Origin: Escherichia coli
Lineage (GTDB): Bacteria; Pseudomonadota; Gammaproteobacteria; Enterobacterales; Enterobacteriaceae
Reading direction: 5' to 3' (one strand)
Assembly: GCF_029227855.1 (NCBI RefSeq)
Contig: NZ_CP074356.1
Length of the DNA: 64,000 nucleotides
The position numbers and the translations under genes are program-made. This document shows positions 52,567-64,000 of the stretch, piece by piece. The notes under the pieces were generated by a model. It was not told the origin of the DNA, did no database searches, and worked only from the letters and a program-made list of their open reading frames with translations. Numbering within the stretch: the first letter of the stretch is position 1; the number at the start of each line of letters is the position of its first letter.

Positions 52567-53910
52567 TTAAAGCAAACCACAGCGACGTTTACTGCGTTCT
52601 TCCGCTTCCTGATAAAGCTGGAACTCATCCAAAACCGGGCAGCCCAACGCCTGCTCAAATGCTTCGCGACTGGCATTACCGTGACTGCGTGCCTGCGTTT
52701 CATTACCCAGATTTGACTGGAAGATCCCCGCCGCGCTAACAGGCAAGAAATCTTCATAGGTAATGGGTTGCGCCACTACCCAACCACGTTCAATTAAGGG
52801 CTGTGGATCGTCTCCGGGATGAATCGCCTGACGATGCGCCTCACCTGAAGGCGTCAGACGGTACCGGAACCATGCCAACCCTTGCTGACGCATTAAAAAC
52901 TCACTGTCAGGAAAAGTGCGGAAGGTTTCCTGTAAATGCATTTGGTGAGTGAGATTATCCTGCCCGGTTCCAGCGTTCCGCAGTAGATCATCATACAGTT
53001 GTCGTCCTTTCGGCGTTAATGCCACGCCACGCTGCTCTATTTCACCAAAGCGCGCGGTATGCGTGCCCTGTTTCTGCCCTGCAAACAACACCGTCTCTTC
53101 CAGTGCTTTAAAACTGGTCTGGCGTAGTAAAATGGGTACATCGCGGCGCGGCGGCCCTTCGATCAGAATTTTGGGTTCAATTCCGCATTCAGGCATCATC
53201 GACTGCACCCGGTCAATATCCAGCGTGCGTGGCGTCAGGTGGTTGATATGGCATCCAGGAAAACAGACCACATCAGCAATCAGCCGATGTTCGTTATGCA
53301 AGGCGCGATAGGTTACTTCATCCACCGTTGCTGACTGGTGCCAGCGAAACGTTTCCAGGGCTTCCTGCACAAATTCCTGTGCCTGTGTTTCGTTAAAACC
53401 GCCCCGCTGCTCATACTCCTCTAACAGTTGTCGACAACGTGGGGTGAAGATATCGCGCTGACGCAGAATCTCCGCCGCTTTCTGGCGCAAAAATTCGTTC
53501 TCGATAAGCTCAAGGCGGAGTAATGAGGTAAAAATGCGGAAGGGATTATGCGCCAGAGAAGCATCATCAATGGGCCGAAATGCTGTGGAATGTACCGGCA
53601 CTCCCGCCTGCGAGAGATCGTAATAGCTCACCGGGTACATCCCCATAATGGCAAACATCCGCCGAAGAGTAGCAAGCTCTTGTGCAGTCCCAACGCGAAT
53701 TGCCCCATGACGTTCAACATTCAGTCGCGCCAGCTCGTCTGCATTTACCATTTTTTCGTGCAGTTGAGGATTGTTTTCCAGCACAGCCAGATTCACATCA
53801 GCTACCAGTTCCTGCAGCGTGCCGTACTGCGGAACTTCTTGCTGGTACATGGCTGACATTGCCTGCGAAAACTGTTCCCGAATCTCATCCGCCGTGATGC
53901 TGTTCGCCAT
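52567..53910 (-). CDS. ydcJ: DUF1338-family protein YdcJ
   Basis: 447-aa ORF; synteny. Confidence 0.85.
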   Translation of the reverse strand: MANSITADEIREQFSQAMSAMYQQEVPQYGTLQELVADVNLAVLENNPQLHEKMVNADELARLNVERHGAIRVGTAQELATLRRMFAIMGMYPVSYYDLSQAGVPVHSTAFRPIDDASLAHNPFRIFTSLLRLELIENEFLRQKAAEILRQRDIFTPRCRQLLEEYEQRGGFNETQAQEFVQEALETFRWHQSATVDEVTYRALHNEHRLIADVVCFPGCHINHLTPRTLDIDRVQSMMPECGIEPKILIEGPPRRDVPILLRQTSFKALEETVLFAGQKQGTHTARFGEIEQRGVALTPKGRQLYDDLLRNAGTGQDNLTHQMHLQETFRTFPDSEFLMRQQGLAWFRYRLTPSGEAHRQAIHPGDDPQPLIERGWVVAQPITYEDFLPVSAAGIFQSNLGNETQARSHGNASREAFEQALGCPVLDEFQLYQEAEERSKRRCGLL

Positions 53911-54126
53911 AGTGTCTGCCTCCAGTGGTCAGTAATCTGGAGTGTAGGTAACCGCATTCACTCCGGCGGGAAGAATTTACAAACTGTGATCTCGCCGCGA
54001 AAACATCAATATTATCCATTTTGCTGTAACATAATTACTTTAATTGTTAATAATATTTTGCAATCAAGTTATCATAATCAAACAACTTCACTTGTCAGCG
54101 ACACCGCTTCGTTTTTAACATCGCTT

Positions 54127-55050
54127 ATGGAAAAAAATAGTCTGTTTAGTCAGCGCATCCGTTTGCGCCACCTTCATACATTCGTAGCTGTCGCACAACA
54201 AGGAACTTTGGGGCGCGCGGCTGAAACCCTTAATTTGAGTCAACCTGCGCTCTCTAAGACATTGAATGAACTGGAGCAGCTGACGGGCGCTCGCTTGTTT
54301 GAGCGTGGTCGTCAGGGGGCGCAACTTACCTTACCCGGCGAACAATTTTTAACGCATGCAGTCAGAGTTCTTGACGCCATCAACACTGCTGGACAGTCGC
54401 TTCATCGTAAAGAAGGTCTTAATAATGATGTCGTCAGGGTTGGTGCACTACCGACCGCGGCACTGGGGATATTACCTTCGGTTATAGGTCAGTTTCATCA
54501 GCAACAAAAAGAGACGACCTTGCAAGTTGCGACAATGAGTAACCCTATGATTCTTTCGGGTTTAAAAACCGGGGAAATCGATATCGGCATTGGTCGGATG
54601 TCAGATCCTGAACTGATGACCGGACTTAATTACGAACTGCTGTTTCTTGAATCGCTGAAGCTGGTTGTCCGCCCTAATCACCCGCTACTTCAGGAAAACG
54701 TAACGCTAAGCCGGGTGCTGGAATGGCCGGTCGTTGTATCACCAGAAGGCACTGCGCCACGCCAGCATTCAGATGCATTAGTGCAGAGCCAGGGATGTAA
54801 AATTCCTTCGGGTTGTATCGAAACGCTGTCTGCTTCGCTATCTCGTCAACTTACGGTTGAATACGACTACGTGTGGTTTGTCCCTTCTGGCGCTGTAAAA
54901 GACGACCTGCGTCATGCCACGCTGGTGGCCCTGCCTGTTCCGGGACATGGTGCAGGCGAACCGATTGGAATACTGACCCGCGTAGATGCAACGTTCTCTT
55001 CTGGTTGCCAGTTGATGATTAACGCTATTCGAAAATCAATGCCGTTCTGA
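54127..55050 (+). CDS. ydcI: LysR-family transcriptional regulator
   Basis: Start at MEKNSLF gives 307 aa; N-terminal HTH. Confidence 0.85.
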   Translation: MEKNSLFSQRIRLRHLHTFVAVAQQGTLGRAAETLNLSQPALSKTLNELEQLTGARLFERGRQGAQLTLPGEQFLTHAVRVLDAINTAGQSLHRKEGLNNDVVRVGALPTAALGILPSVIGQFHQQQKETTLQVATMSNPMILSGLKTGEIDIGIGRMSDPELMTGLNYELLFLESLKLVVRPNHPLLQENVTLSRVLEWPVVVSPEGTAPRQHSDALVQSQGCKIPSGCIETLSASLSRQLTVEYDYVWFVPSGAVKDDLRHATLVALPVPGHGAGEPIGILTRVDATFSSGCQLMINAIRKSMPF

Positions 55051-55088
55051 AAGGTGAAGGGATCTGTCGATCCCTTCCTTGAACATTT

Positions 55089-56729
55089 TCACACCGTAGC
55101 GAAACTAACTGGTTCACCCGCTCCGCGAGGTACTGCCGACACGGAATGTTTGTTCAGACGGAATACGTCCACCGCCTCAGTTAATCGTGCAGCCTGTTCT
55201 TCAAGGGACACCGCCGCCGCTGAGGCCTCTTCTACCAGAGAAGCATTCTGTTGCGTCACCTTATCCATTTCAGAAATCGCCTGGCTAACCTGCGTTATGC
55301 CTCTACTTTGTTCATCCGAGGCGGCGGCGATTTCCTGCATGATATGTGTGACACTCGCGACGGCATCAACAATAGTGCTCATGGTTTTACCTGCCGTTGC
55401 CACCTCATCCGATCCCAGGTCAATTAATCTGACTGATTCACTGATCAAGCCTTCAATCTCTTTCGCCGCCTGAGCGCTGCGGCTTGCGAGTGTCCGTACT
55501 TCGCTGGCGACAACGGCAAATCCACGTCCTTGCTCACCCGCTCGCGCGGCTTCAACGGCAGCATTCAGTGCCAGAATATTCGTCTGGAAAGCAATACTGT
55601 TGATGACGGAAGTGATCTCGGAAATTTTCTTCGAACTCGTGGAGATAGCGCCCATCGTTTTTACTACACCGGAAACCGTCTGCCCGCCATCGCTGGCTTT
55701 AATAGAAGCCTCTTGCGCCAGTTTGCTGGCATGATGCGCGTTATCCGCATTCTGTTTCACCGTCGCAGTGAGTTGCTCCATGCTGGCGGCAGTTTGTTCG
55801 ATTGCCGCCGCTTGTTCTTCGGTGCGAGATGAAAGGTCCGCATTGCCAGCGGAAATTTCGCTGGTGCCACGATAAATCTCTTCCGCACCCTGTCGAACAG
55901 TCCCTACTGTCATCCCCAGTGAATGCTGCATTTGCTGTAAATGACGACTTAAGCGACCGATTTCATTACGACTCGCCGGTTCATCATTCATCGTCAGATC
56001 GCCACTGGCGATTTTTTCAATTCGTTGTGCGGCATGTTGCAGTGGACGAATGACGATCCGACGTAGCACTATAAATGTTATCAGCGTCATGACCAGGGCA
56101 AGCACAAACGCGCCAATCATGAACATCCCACCCAGGCGGGTGCGCTGATGGGCCAGTTCCGCCAGTTGGTTGGCTCTGGTGCTACGTATCTTAACGGCTT
56201 TGCTCAAAATATCGGTATAAGCATTATCCAGCGGTCGGATCTGCTCACTTTCATGATTGATAATCGCTTCAAACATGCCATTTTTGGCATATTTCAACAT
56301 CGGTTGCATACCCGTGATATAAGCCTGGAAGCGTTGATTTAATTCAGTGTCGAGGGCTTCATCAGCAGGTGTTTTCACCGACCGATTCTGATAAGCACGA
56401 TAACCTTGCTGCGACTGTTTAATCTCCGATTCGGCTTGCGCAATATTTCGCTTCATTGCTTCCATTTCCGCAATACGACTCGCAGCACCGGCCTGAATCA
56501 TATTGATCCGGGCTGAACGCAAAAAATCTGAACTGTTCGCTAACCCGGTCCGAATCTCAATCTCCGCAGTAACATCACGCTGATCGCGATCGGCCTGCCA
56601 AAGGAAATAGCCGGCCAGGGCTGAACTTAATGCGAATAGAACTAAGATACCGCCAAGAATGCAGGCAAATAACGGAACCAGCCTGATGTGATGCAAAAAA
56701 CCTAATCGCTGTGAGGGAGTTGTATTCAT
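55089..56729 (-). CDS. trg: Methyl-accepting chemotaxis protein III (ribose/galactose sensor)
   Basis: 546 aa; two TM segments, HAMP, MCP signalling domain. Confidence 0.9.
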   Translation of the reverse strand: MNTTPSQRLGFLHHIRLVPLFACILGGILVLFALSSALAGYFLWQADRDQRDVTAEIEIRTGLANSSDFLRSARINMIQAGAASRIAEMEAMKRNIAQAESEIKQSQQGYRAYQNRSVKTPADEALDTELNQRFQAYITGMQPMLKYAKNGMFEAIINHESEQIRPLDNAYTDILSKAVKIRSTRANQLAELAHQRTRLGGMFMIGAFVLALVMTLITFIVLRRIVIRPLQHAAQRIEKIASGDLTMNDEPASRNEIGRLSRHLQQMQHSLGMTVGTVRQGAEEIYRGTSEISAGNADLSSRTEEQAAAIEQTAASMEQLTATVKQNADNAHHASKLAQEASIKASDGGQTVSGVVKTMGAISTSSKKISEITSVINSIAFQTNILALNAAVEAARAGEQGRGFAVVASEVRTLASRSAQAAKEIEGLISESVRLIDLGSDEVATAGKTMSTIVDAVASVTHIMQEIAAASDEQSRGITQVSQAISEMDKVTQQNASLVEEASAAAVSLEEQAARLTEAVDVFRLNKHSVSAVPRGAGEPVSFATV

Positions 56730-56994
56730 TACCGTTGTCTCTCTTCCAGGTTTACTCCTGATAGAAAGTCATCGGCACTTGACGGTAATTTCTTACGACC
56801 AAAAACCTCTTTGCGTCACATTTTTACAACAATTATGGCAGAGAAGAATAATGCCATTGGAATGAAGAGAGTAACGAATGATTAAACTGGCTAAACCGAA
56901 TGACGAAAAATTCTGGAAAACAGCACGCAATTTCGTGAAGTGATTATTTTCGTCCCTAAGGAAACCTCATAGGATGCCTGCGGGTGCCTGAGAC

Positions 56995-57069
56995 TTTCTG
57001 TTTTCAGGCTAACCGGGAATCAGAAAGACGAAGGCCCCGACCGATATTTCTATCAACCGAGGCCAACGA

Positions 57070-57075
<6 letters not shown>
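56995..57075 (-). ncRNA. sokB: sokB antisense RNA (approximate position, inferred from hok/sok architecture)
   Basis: Not delimited from sequence; placed opposite the mokB translation initiation region by analogy with hok/sok loci. Confidence 0.3.
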
Positions 57076-57277
<202 letters not shown>

Positions 57278-57348
57278 GGGCAAGCGCGGGGATTTTCCCC
57301 GCGCATCTGACTAGCAGATTCATTTTCTCATGGCACCCCTTTTACACT

Positions 57349-57522
57349 TCAGTTAGTGCATGTTTTTTTCGATGCACTAATAGAACCATCATTACAGACA
57401 AATTTGCCGCCTGCCGTACAGTGTGAGATCCCCCCTTTCGAACCAGAACAGGGTTTGCGCCCGGCATCGGCATAAAAGGAAACAAGCGTTCCCATAAACA
57501 AGATAAGTGCCAGTTTTTTCAT
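57349..57522 (-). CDS. ydcA: Small secreted protein YdcA
   Basis: Hand-translated 57 aa MKKLALILFMGTLVSFYADAGRKPCSGSKGGISHCTAGGKFVCNDGSISASKKTCTN. Confidence 0.75.
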   Translation of the reverse strand: MKKLALILFMGTLVSFYADAGRKPCSGSKGGISHCTAGGKFVCNDGSISASKKTCTN

Positions 57523-57692
57523 ATAACCTCCATGGTTTATCGAATCTTATGTTCGATTTGAACGTTATACGCTGGTTTATTTTGATACCGTTGATGAGAT
57601 CAAAGATCGGGTGAATTGATTAAAGATAAGCCAGATGGACGTATGGATAAGGATTATGGTTTTATTTGTCATACAAATAAATATAATAGGCG

Positions 57693-57756
57693 CTTCCGAT
57701 GTAGACCCGTATTCTTCGCCTGTACCACGGGTCGGTTTTAGTACAGGCGTTTTCTT
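57693..57756 (+). ncRNA. rydC: Hfq-dependent small RNA RydC
   Basis: Sequence cttccgatgtagacccgtattcttcgcctgtaccacgggtcggttttagtacaggcgttttctt matches RydC as remembered, with terminal hairpin and U-run. Confidence 0.8.
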
Positions 57757-57766
57757 TAAATATCCT

Positions 57767-58297
57767 TCAGGAACGTTTACGCGGCATCATGCGTAGAAGT
57801 GTGTTGTCCTTCCAGAAATAGTGGTGTGCCAGTGCAGCCGCAGCGTGCAACCCGATGACAAAATATCCCAGATTCGCCAGCATTTCATGCCACGACTTTA
57901 AGCTATCAACCCGTTCGAAATTGGTCTCTGATGCATAAGGCATCGTCAAACCAAACGCAAACCACGGGTTGCCTCGGTTATACATCATCACCAAACCAAT
58001 CACTGGCAGCGCAATAAACAGGAGATAAATCACCAAATGTCCCAAATGCGCCAGTCCCGTCATCATCGGTTTTGGCTTAGGTATAATCGGCGGGGTTGGG
58101 TATTTCAGCCTTAACAAAAGACGAACGACCATCAGCACGAGAATTGATATGCCACAGGAAACATGAATCATGTTGATGAGTGGCCGATCGCTACGTGGGA
58201 AGAAACCCCGAAACTCCATTGCGCAATACGCTGCAATAACCAGCAAAAAGACCAGCCAGTGAATGCTGATTTGTAACCTTGAGTATTTATTTCCCAT
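57767..58297 (-). CDS. cybB: Cytochrome b561
   Basis: Start at MGNKYS gives 176 aa; four hydrophobic helices with conserved His. Confidence 0.85.
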   Translation of the reverse strand: MGNKYSRLQISIHWLVFLLVIAAYCAMEFRGFFPRSDRPLINMIHVSCGISILVLMVVRLLLRLKYPTPPIIPKPKPMMTGLAHLGHLVIYLLFIALPVIGLVMMYNRGNPWFAFGLTMPYASETNFERVDSLKSWHEMLANLGYFVIGLHAAAALAHHYFWKDNTLLRMMPRKRS

Positions 58298-58485
58298 AAC
58301 ATTTCCTGCTTTAACATAATTTGCCGTTAACATAACGAGCTTTTCTTAAAATTTCATTAAATATTGTTCACCCGTTTTCAGTACGTTACGTTTCACGGCA
58401 AGAATGTAGATTGCCCATCCCGCCATCGTGGTCTAAGCCTGGAAAGGATCAATTTTCATCCGAACGTTCCTGACAGGAGAAGACC

Positions 58486-59487
58486 ATGAGTAAAGTTGGT
58501 ATTAATGGTTTTGGTCGTATCGGTCGACTGGTGTTGCGTCGATTACTTGAAGTCAAAAGCAACATAGACATTGTTGCTATTAATGATCTCACTTCCCCAA
58601 AAATTCTCGCCTACCTGTTGAAACATGATTCAAACTACGGACCGTTCCCCTGGAGCGTTGATTTTACGGAAGATTCACTTATCGTTGATGGAAAAAGTAT
58701 CGCGGTTTACGCCGAAAAAGAGGCTAAAAATATTCCGTGGAAAGCGAAAGGCGCAGAAATCATTGTCGAATGTACTGGCTTTTATACCTCCGCCGAGAAA
58801 TCGCAGGCGCATCTTGATGCTGGTGCGAAGAAGGTGTTGATTTCCGCCCCTGCCGGTGAAATGAAAACCATCGTTTATAACGTCAATGACGACACACTGG
58901 ATGGCAACGACACCATTGTTTCCGTGGCGTCATGCACCACTAATTGTCTTGCACCGATGGCCAAAGCCTTGCACGACAGTTTCGGAATAGAAGTCGGCAC
59001 GATGACGACCATTCATGCCTATACCGGCACTCAGTCACTGGTGGATGGCCCGCGTGGTAAAGATCTACGCGCTTCACGTGCAGCGGCAGAAAATATCATT
59101 CCCCACACTACGGGGGCGGCAAAAGCCATTGGTCTGGTGATCCCAGAACTGAGCGGCAAACTGAAAGGTCATGCACAACGCGTACCCGTGAAAACCGGTT
59201 CGGTGACTGAACTGGTGTCTATTCTTGGAAAAAAAGTGACTGCCGAAGAGGTGAACAACGCGCTTAAAAACGCGACAAACAATAACGAGTCATTTGGTTA
59301 TACCGATGAAGAAATAGTCTCTTCCGATATCATTGGCAGCCATTTCGGTTCGGTGTTTGATGCCACGCAAACCGAAATTACCGCCGTGGGCGATTTACAG
59401 CTGGTGAAAACGGTCGCCTGGTATGATAACGAATATGGCTTCGTCACGCAGCTTATTCGCACCCTCGAAAAATTCGCTAAACTCTGA
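58486..59487 (+). CDS. gapC: Glyceraldehyde-3-phosphate dehydrogenase C, apparently intact
   Basis: Uninterrupted 333-aa GAPDH ([18 protein letters not shown] active-site Cys). Confidence 0.85.
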   Translation: MSKVGINGFGRIGRLVLRRLLEVKSNIDIVAINDLTSPKILAYLLKHDSNYGPFPWSVDFTEDSLIVDGKSIAVYAEKEAKNIPWKAKGAEIIVECTGFYTSAEKSQAHLDAGAKKVLISAPAGEMKTIVYNVNDDTLDGNDTIVSVASCTTNCLAPMAKALHDSFGIEVGTMTTIHAYTGTQSLVDGPRGKDLRASRAAAENIIPHTTGAAKAIGLVIPELSGKLKGHAQRVPVKTGSVTELVSILGKKVTAEEVNNALKNATNNNESFGYTDEEIVSSDIIGSHFGSVFDATQTEITAVGDLQLVKTVAWYDNEYGFVTQLIRTLEKFAKL

Positions 59488-59496
59488 CGCACACAG

Positions 59497-59517
59497 GCGG
59501 AGGAAAAACCTCCGCCT
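59497..59517. terminator. Hairpin between convergent gapC and aldA (putative bidirectional terminator)
   Basis: ggcggagg-aaaaa-cctccgcc perfect stem-loop. Confidence 0.5.
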
Positions 59518-59527
59518 CTTCCACTCA

Positions 59528-60967
59528 TTAAGACTGTAAATAAACCACCTGGGTCTGCAGATATTCATGCAGGCCATGTTTACCATCTGCGCCGCCAATA
59601 CCGGATTTACGCCATCCGGCGTGGAATCCTTGCATAGCTTCGAAGTTTTCACGGTTGATGTAAGTTTCACCAAACTTCAGCCCTTTAATGGCTTTCATCG
59701 CGACGTTCAGATTTTGGGTATAGATTGATGAGGTCAGGCCGTAATCACTGTCATTAGCCATTGCGATAGCCTCTTCCAGCGTGTCAAATGCGACCACTGG
59801 CAGCACCGGGCCAAAGGTTTCCTCGTGCATAATCGACATATCCTGGCGAACATCCAGCAGCAATGTCGGCGGATAATAATATCCTTTCCCCTCTACCGCT
59901 TTGCCACCCAACGCCACTCTCGCCCCTTCTTCTACTGCGCGCGCCACTTTTTGCTCGACCCTTTCCAGCGCCGCGGCGTTAATCAACGGCCCCATCGCAA
60001 TGTCGTTGCGTTCAGCGGGGTTACCAAATTGAACCGCCTGCAACGCTTCACCCAGCCGATTGACGAACTGATCATAAATGCCTTTCTGTACATAAACACG
60101 TTCTGCACAGTTACACACTTGCCCACTATTAATGACGCGTGAATCAACGATGGCTTTGACTGCCAGTTCAAGATCGGCATCGTCCATTACGATAGCCGGT
60201 GCTTTACCCCCCAGTTCCAGGCACACTTTGGTGATGTTTTTCGCCGCAGTCGCCATAATCTTTTCACCTGCAGAGACGCTGCCTGTCATACTGACCATTG
60301 CGACCTTTGGGTTACCCGCCAGTTCTTGCCCAACGGTTTCACCACGCCCCAGAACAAGGTTAAACACGCCGCGCGGAAGGCCTATTTCATCGACGATTTT
60401 GGCGAATGCAATCGCATTGTTTGGCGTAAATTCACTGGGTTTAATGACGATGGTATTACCGGTCAAAAGAGCGGGAGCCATTTTGCGGGCAATGAGGAAG
60501 AACGGGAAGTTCCACGGCAGAATGCCGGTAGTCACGCCAAGCGCACGTTTGAACAGAAGAATATTTTCTCCTGGACGATCGCTTTGAATAATCTCGCCTT
60601 CATAACGCCGTGCCCACTCCGCCATGTAATCGATATAGTCCGCAGTAAAAGCCACTTCGACTTCAGCCAGCTGCTGGATCTTGCCCCCTTCTTCAACAAT
60701 CAGCGCACTGATTTCGCTGGCGCGTTTGCGGATCCCGGCGGAGATTTTGCGCAACCAACTGGCGCGTTCAATAGCAGGCAACGCTTCCCATTCTGGTTGT
60801 GCACGTTCTGCTGCATCGATTGCCTTACGGGCATCCTCGGCCTGACCATCGGGAATGCGGGAAATGACAGCCTCTGTAGCAGGGTTTACCACATCAATCC
60901 ATGCGTCTCCACGCCAGGTAACAAACTGTCCATCAATATACATAGGATGTTGAACGGGTACTGACAT
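59528..60967 (-). CDS. aldA: Lactaldehyde dehydrogenase
   Basis: 479-aa aldehyde dehydrogenase. Confidence 0.9.
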   Translation of the reverse strand: MSVPVQHPMYIDGQFVTWRGDAWIDVVNPATEAVISRIPDGQAEDARKAIDAAERAQPEWEALPAIERASWLRKISAGIRKRASEISALIVEEGGKIQQLAEVEVAFTADYIDYMAEWARRYEGEIIQSDRPGENILLFKRALGVTTGILPWNFPFFLIARKMAPALLTGNTIVIKPSEFTPNNAIAFAKIVDEIGLPRGVFNLVLGRGETVGQELAGNPKVAMVSMTGSVSAGEKIMATAAKNITKVCLELGGKAPAIVMDDADLELAVKAIVDSRVINSGQVCNCAERVYVQKGIYDQFVNRLGEALQAVQFGNPAERNDIAMGPLINAAALERVEQKVARAVEEGARVALGGKAVEGKGYYYPPTLLLDVRQDMSIMHEETFGPVLPVVAFDTLEEAIAMANDSDYGLTSSIYTQNLNVAMKAIKGLKFGETYINRENFEAMQGFHAGWRKSGIGGADGKHGLHEYLQTQVVYLQS

Positions 60968-61163
60968 GAGCGGCTCCTGTGATTTATATGTTTGTTTTTG
61001 GTAAATACATTGTTAATTAACATCAATCATCAGAGAGACGGCATCATGAAAGGACAATTCTGTGAAGGGCTTCATAAAAACAAGTGTAAAAGGAATAAGA
61101 GGCAGAAATAAAAGGCAGGAGTTATGCCCGTTTGCAAACAAGTGGTTCACAAACGGGCAATTT

Positions 61164-61964
61164 TTAACGTAACGAGCGACTTTCCATCGCCTCGATGAGC
61201 ACCGCATCGTGTTTCAGAGTTTGCCATGCATGGATGACTTCTGCCGGAAAATCAACGTGAACGATAAAATCTCGCCCGCGGGGACCGTAGCCATCGCTAT
61301 CATCGCGTAAACGCGGCAGCTCGCCAGTGAGTAGTGAGAGATAACGCTCAACCGGCCATAATCCTTGCAACGGATTAACAAAGATTACACTGTCTGCGTT
61401 ATTTCCTAACTGAGGAACGAATCCGGGATAACTTAACCAGCGTGGTGCATCGGGATTGTCCCCAGTCATACGGCGGAACGTCGCCATCGTGCGCCGCTGC
61501 ATGGTGGGGTCCTGAACAACGATAGCCGTATGAACTCGTTCTACGGCCTGATTCAATAGCGCGATGCTAAAGCGTGCGTTTTCACCGCAGTTTGTTGACT
61601 GGTCTTCAATCCAGATTTTTTCATGCGGAATGTGCCAGAACTGATGAGCGATATCCGCCAGGATGGTCGCTTCTGCTCTGCCAGTGGTGCGGATAGTGTT
61701 GTAGTGCAGATGCTGTGCGATGGCGCTATACAAAAAAGTTGTCGAGTGACCGATACCACCACTAATCAGTAAAGGAATTTGCTGATCGCGGGCAATCTTA
61801 CATGCCGCATCTATAGTCGGCATAACCGCATTGCCTGCAAGGATCACGCAATCGGCCTGATACGGCATCTCACCGGAGAAATCATCCTGCGCCAGCCACT
61901 GACCGATAACATTTATGGCATCTATGGTTGCCGGCGAAAGCGTCGGAAACGGGGTAATGTTCAT
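61164..61964 (-). CDS. ydcF: DUF218 domain protein YdcF
   Basis: 266-aa ORF; synteny. Confidence 0.85.
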   Translation of the reverse strand: MNITPFPTLSPATIDAINVIGQWLAQDDFSGEMPYQADCVILAGNAVMPTIDAACKIARDQQIPLLISGGIGHSTTFLYSAIAQHLHYNTIRTTGRAEATILADIAHQFWHIPHEKIWIEDQSTNCGENARFSIALLNQAVERVHTAIVVQDPTMQRRTMATFRRMTGDNPDAPRWLSYPGFVPQLGNNADSVIFVNPLQGLWPVERYLSLLTGELPRLRDDSDGYGPRGRDFIVHVDFPAEVIHAWQTLKHDAVLIEAMESRSLR

Positions 61965-62232
61965 GGTTCCTCCTTATCGTTCCCTTAAGAATACTGCGTG
62001 AGATAATAATGAGAAGCGGAGCACTCTGAAAGGAGGAAGTCGTATGTCCTTAACCGCCACTCCGAAAGCCTGACATATCTTTTAAGGAAATGCTGTAGAT
62101 AAACATTATTCATCTTGCAGCAGAGAATTGTATTTTTCTGAATTCCTGAATTTTTACCCTTACCGTTTTAGAATTAATAAACCCGGCGCTAGATGCTTAC
62201 CGGGTTTTAGATTTATCAGGCAAATAGCAGGG

Positions 62233-64000
62233 TTAACCGCTAATCTGCTCCATCGCCTGCAAAATACGCTTATCCGAAATCGGATAAGGCGTACCCAGTC
62301 GTTGAGCGAAGTAGCTGACGCGCAGCTCTTCTATCATCCAGCGGATCTCTTTCACGTCTTCATCCTCACGACGTGCAGGCGGTAGTTTGTTGAACCATTG
62401 CTGCCACGCCTGCTGGACGTTTTCGACTTTCAGCATCTGAGCACGGTCACGATGCGGATCAACCGCCAGTTTTTCCAGTCGTTTTTCAATCGCCTGCAAA
62501 TAACGCAGCGTGTCGCCCAGCCGTTTAAAACCGTTACCAGTGACAAAACCGCGATACACCAGCCCGCCCATCTGCGCTTTAATGTCAGAAAGCCCCAGCG
62601 CCATGGTCATATCCACCCGCCCTTTCAGACGTTTATTGATATTGAACACCGCAGTGAGGATTTGCTCGACCTGCTTCGCAATATCCACCACCGTGTCGTT
62701 CAGTTCAGCACGGACTTTTTCATGCAGCGCAGCAAAACCTTCTTCCGTCCAGACCGGGCCACCATTGGCATCGATCAGTTGATCCACACCGCAGGAGATA
62801 CAGTCGTCGATCAGCTCCAGCACTTTGCCATACGGGTTAAAGTAAAGTCCCAGCTTGGCTTTGTTTGGTAACTTCTCATGCAAATACTTGATCGGCGATG
62901 GAATATTCAGCAGCAGTAGACGGCGAAGACCGTTCCACATTGCCTGTTTTTGCTCCAGCGGGTTATCAAACAGTTTGATCGCCACACTGTCGCGCTCATC
63001 CACCAACGCTGGCCACGCCTTCACTTTGTAGTTGCCACGCTTCTGTTCGTAGCTTTCCGGCAGTTGCCCAAAACTCCAGATATGTAAGCCGCTCTGCTCG
63101 ATACCGTCATCCGCCACCGCAGACAGCGTTTCCTGCACTTTGCCTTTCAGCGCATCTTTCAGATCTTGTAGAGAGCGCCCTTCTTTTAGCTTCTTGTTTT
63201 TGTCATCCACCACGCGGAAGGTGATTTTCAGGTGATCAGGCACCTGATCCCAGTGCCAGTCTTCGCGGTCAACGGTAACGCCGGTCATCCGCCGTAACTC
63301 GCGCTCAAGGCTGTCGAGCAACGGTAACTCCAGCGGTGTGACGCGGCCTAAAAACGCTTCGGCGTAGTTTGGCGCGGGCACAAAATTACGGCGTACCGGT
63401 TTCGGCAACGATTTAATCAGTGCGATGATCAGTTCACGACGCAGGCCGGGGATTTGCCATTCAAACCCGCTCTCTTCTACCTGATTAAGCAGCGGCAGCG
63501 GAATATGCACGGTCACACCGTCCGCGTCCGCGCCGGGCTCAAACTGATAGCTCAAACGCAGCTTGAGATTGCCCTGATGCCAGAAGTTCGGATAATCCAG
63601 CTTGCTGATTTTTTCCGCCCCTTCTTTGATCAACATGCTCTTTTCAAAGTTGAGCAAATCAGGCGTTTCGCGGCTGACTTTTTTCCACCAGCTATCGAAG
63701 TGACGAGCGGAGATTACATCGTGGCTGATGCGCTGGTCGTAGAACTCAAACAGCGTTTCGTCATCAACCAGAATATCGCGGCGACGTGATTTGTGCTCCA
63801 GCTCTTCCACTTCGGCCCGTAGTTTCAGGTTTTCACGGAAGAATGCGTGACGCGTCTGCCAGTCACCTTCCACCAGCGCGTGGCGAATAAAGAGTTCACG
63901 ACATAACGCCGGATCGATCTGGCTGTAGTTGACCTTGCGCGCGGCAACAATCGGCAAGCCATAAACAGTGACTTTTTCCGTTGCCATCACCGCGCCCTGC
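62233..64000 (-). CDS. hrpA: ATP-dependent RNA helicase HrpA, C-terminal portion (5' end outside window)
   Basis: Open frame running to window edge; C-terminal HrpA-like sequence ending ..ILQAMEQISG. Confidence 0.85.
   Translation of the reverse strand, partial: QGAVMATEKVTVYGLPIVAARKVNYSQIDPALCRELFIRHALVEGDWQTRHAFFRENLKLRAEVEELEHKSRRRDILVDDETLFEFYDQRISHDVISARHFDSWWKKVSRETPDLLNFEKSMLIKEGAEKISKLDYPNFWHQGNLKLRLSYQFEPGADADGVTVHIPLPLLNQVEESGFEWQIPGLRRELIIALIKSLPKPVRRNFVPAPNYAEAFLGRVTPLELPLLDSLERELRRMTGVTVDREDWHWDQVPDHLKITFRVVDDKNKKLKEGRSLQDLKDALKGKVQETLSAVADDGIEQSGLHIWSFGQLPESYEQKRGNYKVKAWPALVDERDSVAIKLFDNPLEQKQAMWNGLRRLLLLNIPSPIKYLHEKLPNKAKLGLYFNPYGKVLELIDDCISCGVDQLIDANGGPVWTEEGFAALHEKVRAELNDTVVDIAKQVEQILTAVFNINKRLKGRVDMTMALGLSDIKAQMGGLVYRGFVTGNGFKRLGDTLRYLQAIEKRLEKLAVDPHRDRAQMLKVENVQQAWQQWFNKLPPARREDEDVKEIRWMIEELRVSYFAQRLGTPYPISDKRILQAMEQISG

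Overview
This window reads as an Escherichia coli chromosomal segment running narW-narV-yddE-nhoA-yddH-pptA ... aldA-ydcF-hrpA, i.e. the K-12 rhsE/ansP/ydc/teh/trg region in reverse orientation (gene names assigned by recognition of protein sequences and gene order, not by any search). Most of the window (about 23.3-64 kb) is ordinary core genome: ansP, yncE, yncD, mcbR, curA, mnaT, the ydcSTUV-patD operon, ydcR, hicAB, rlhA/ydcP, ydcN, ydcO, ydcL, tehAB, ydcK, rimL, opgD, ydcJ, ydcI, trg, hokB/mokB, ydcA, RydC, cybB, gapC, aldA, ydcF and the 3' part of hrpA. The accessory part is 4.3-22.3 kb: (i) a YjcS-like alkyl-sulfatase gene plus a membrane GGDEF diguanylate cyclase, and (ii) an orphan type VI secretion effector island, vgrG followed by two tandem full-length PAAR-Rhs genes, each with its own AT-rich C-terminal toxin tip and a translationally coupled downstream immunity gene, interspersed with one intact and two fragmentary H-repeat (ISAs1-family) elements. 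The most interesting module is Rhs copy 1: its tip carries a ParB/sulfiredoxin-like motif and its immunity protein is a pentapeptide-repeat (DNA-mimic-type) protein, suggesting a DNA-directed toxin neutralised by a DNA mimic. Rhs copy 2 has a different Cys/His-rich tip with a hydrophobic tail and is interrupted by a 1-nt frameshift at the core/tip junction. Other notable points are an IS200 copy between rimL and ydcH, an apparently intact gapC, and a possible frame discontinuity at the 3' end of narW.
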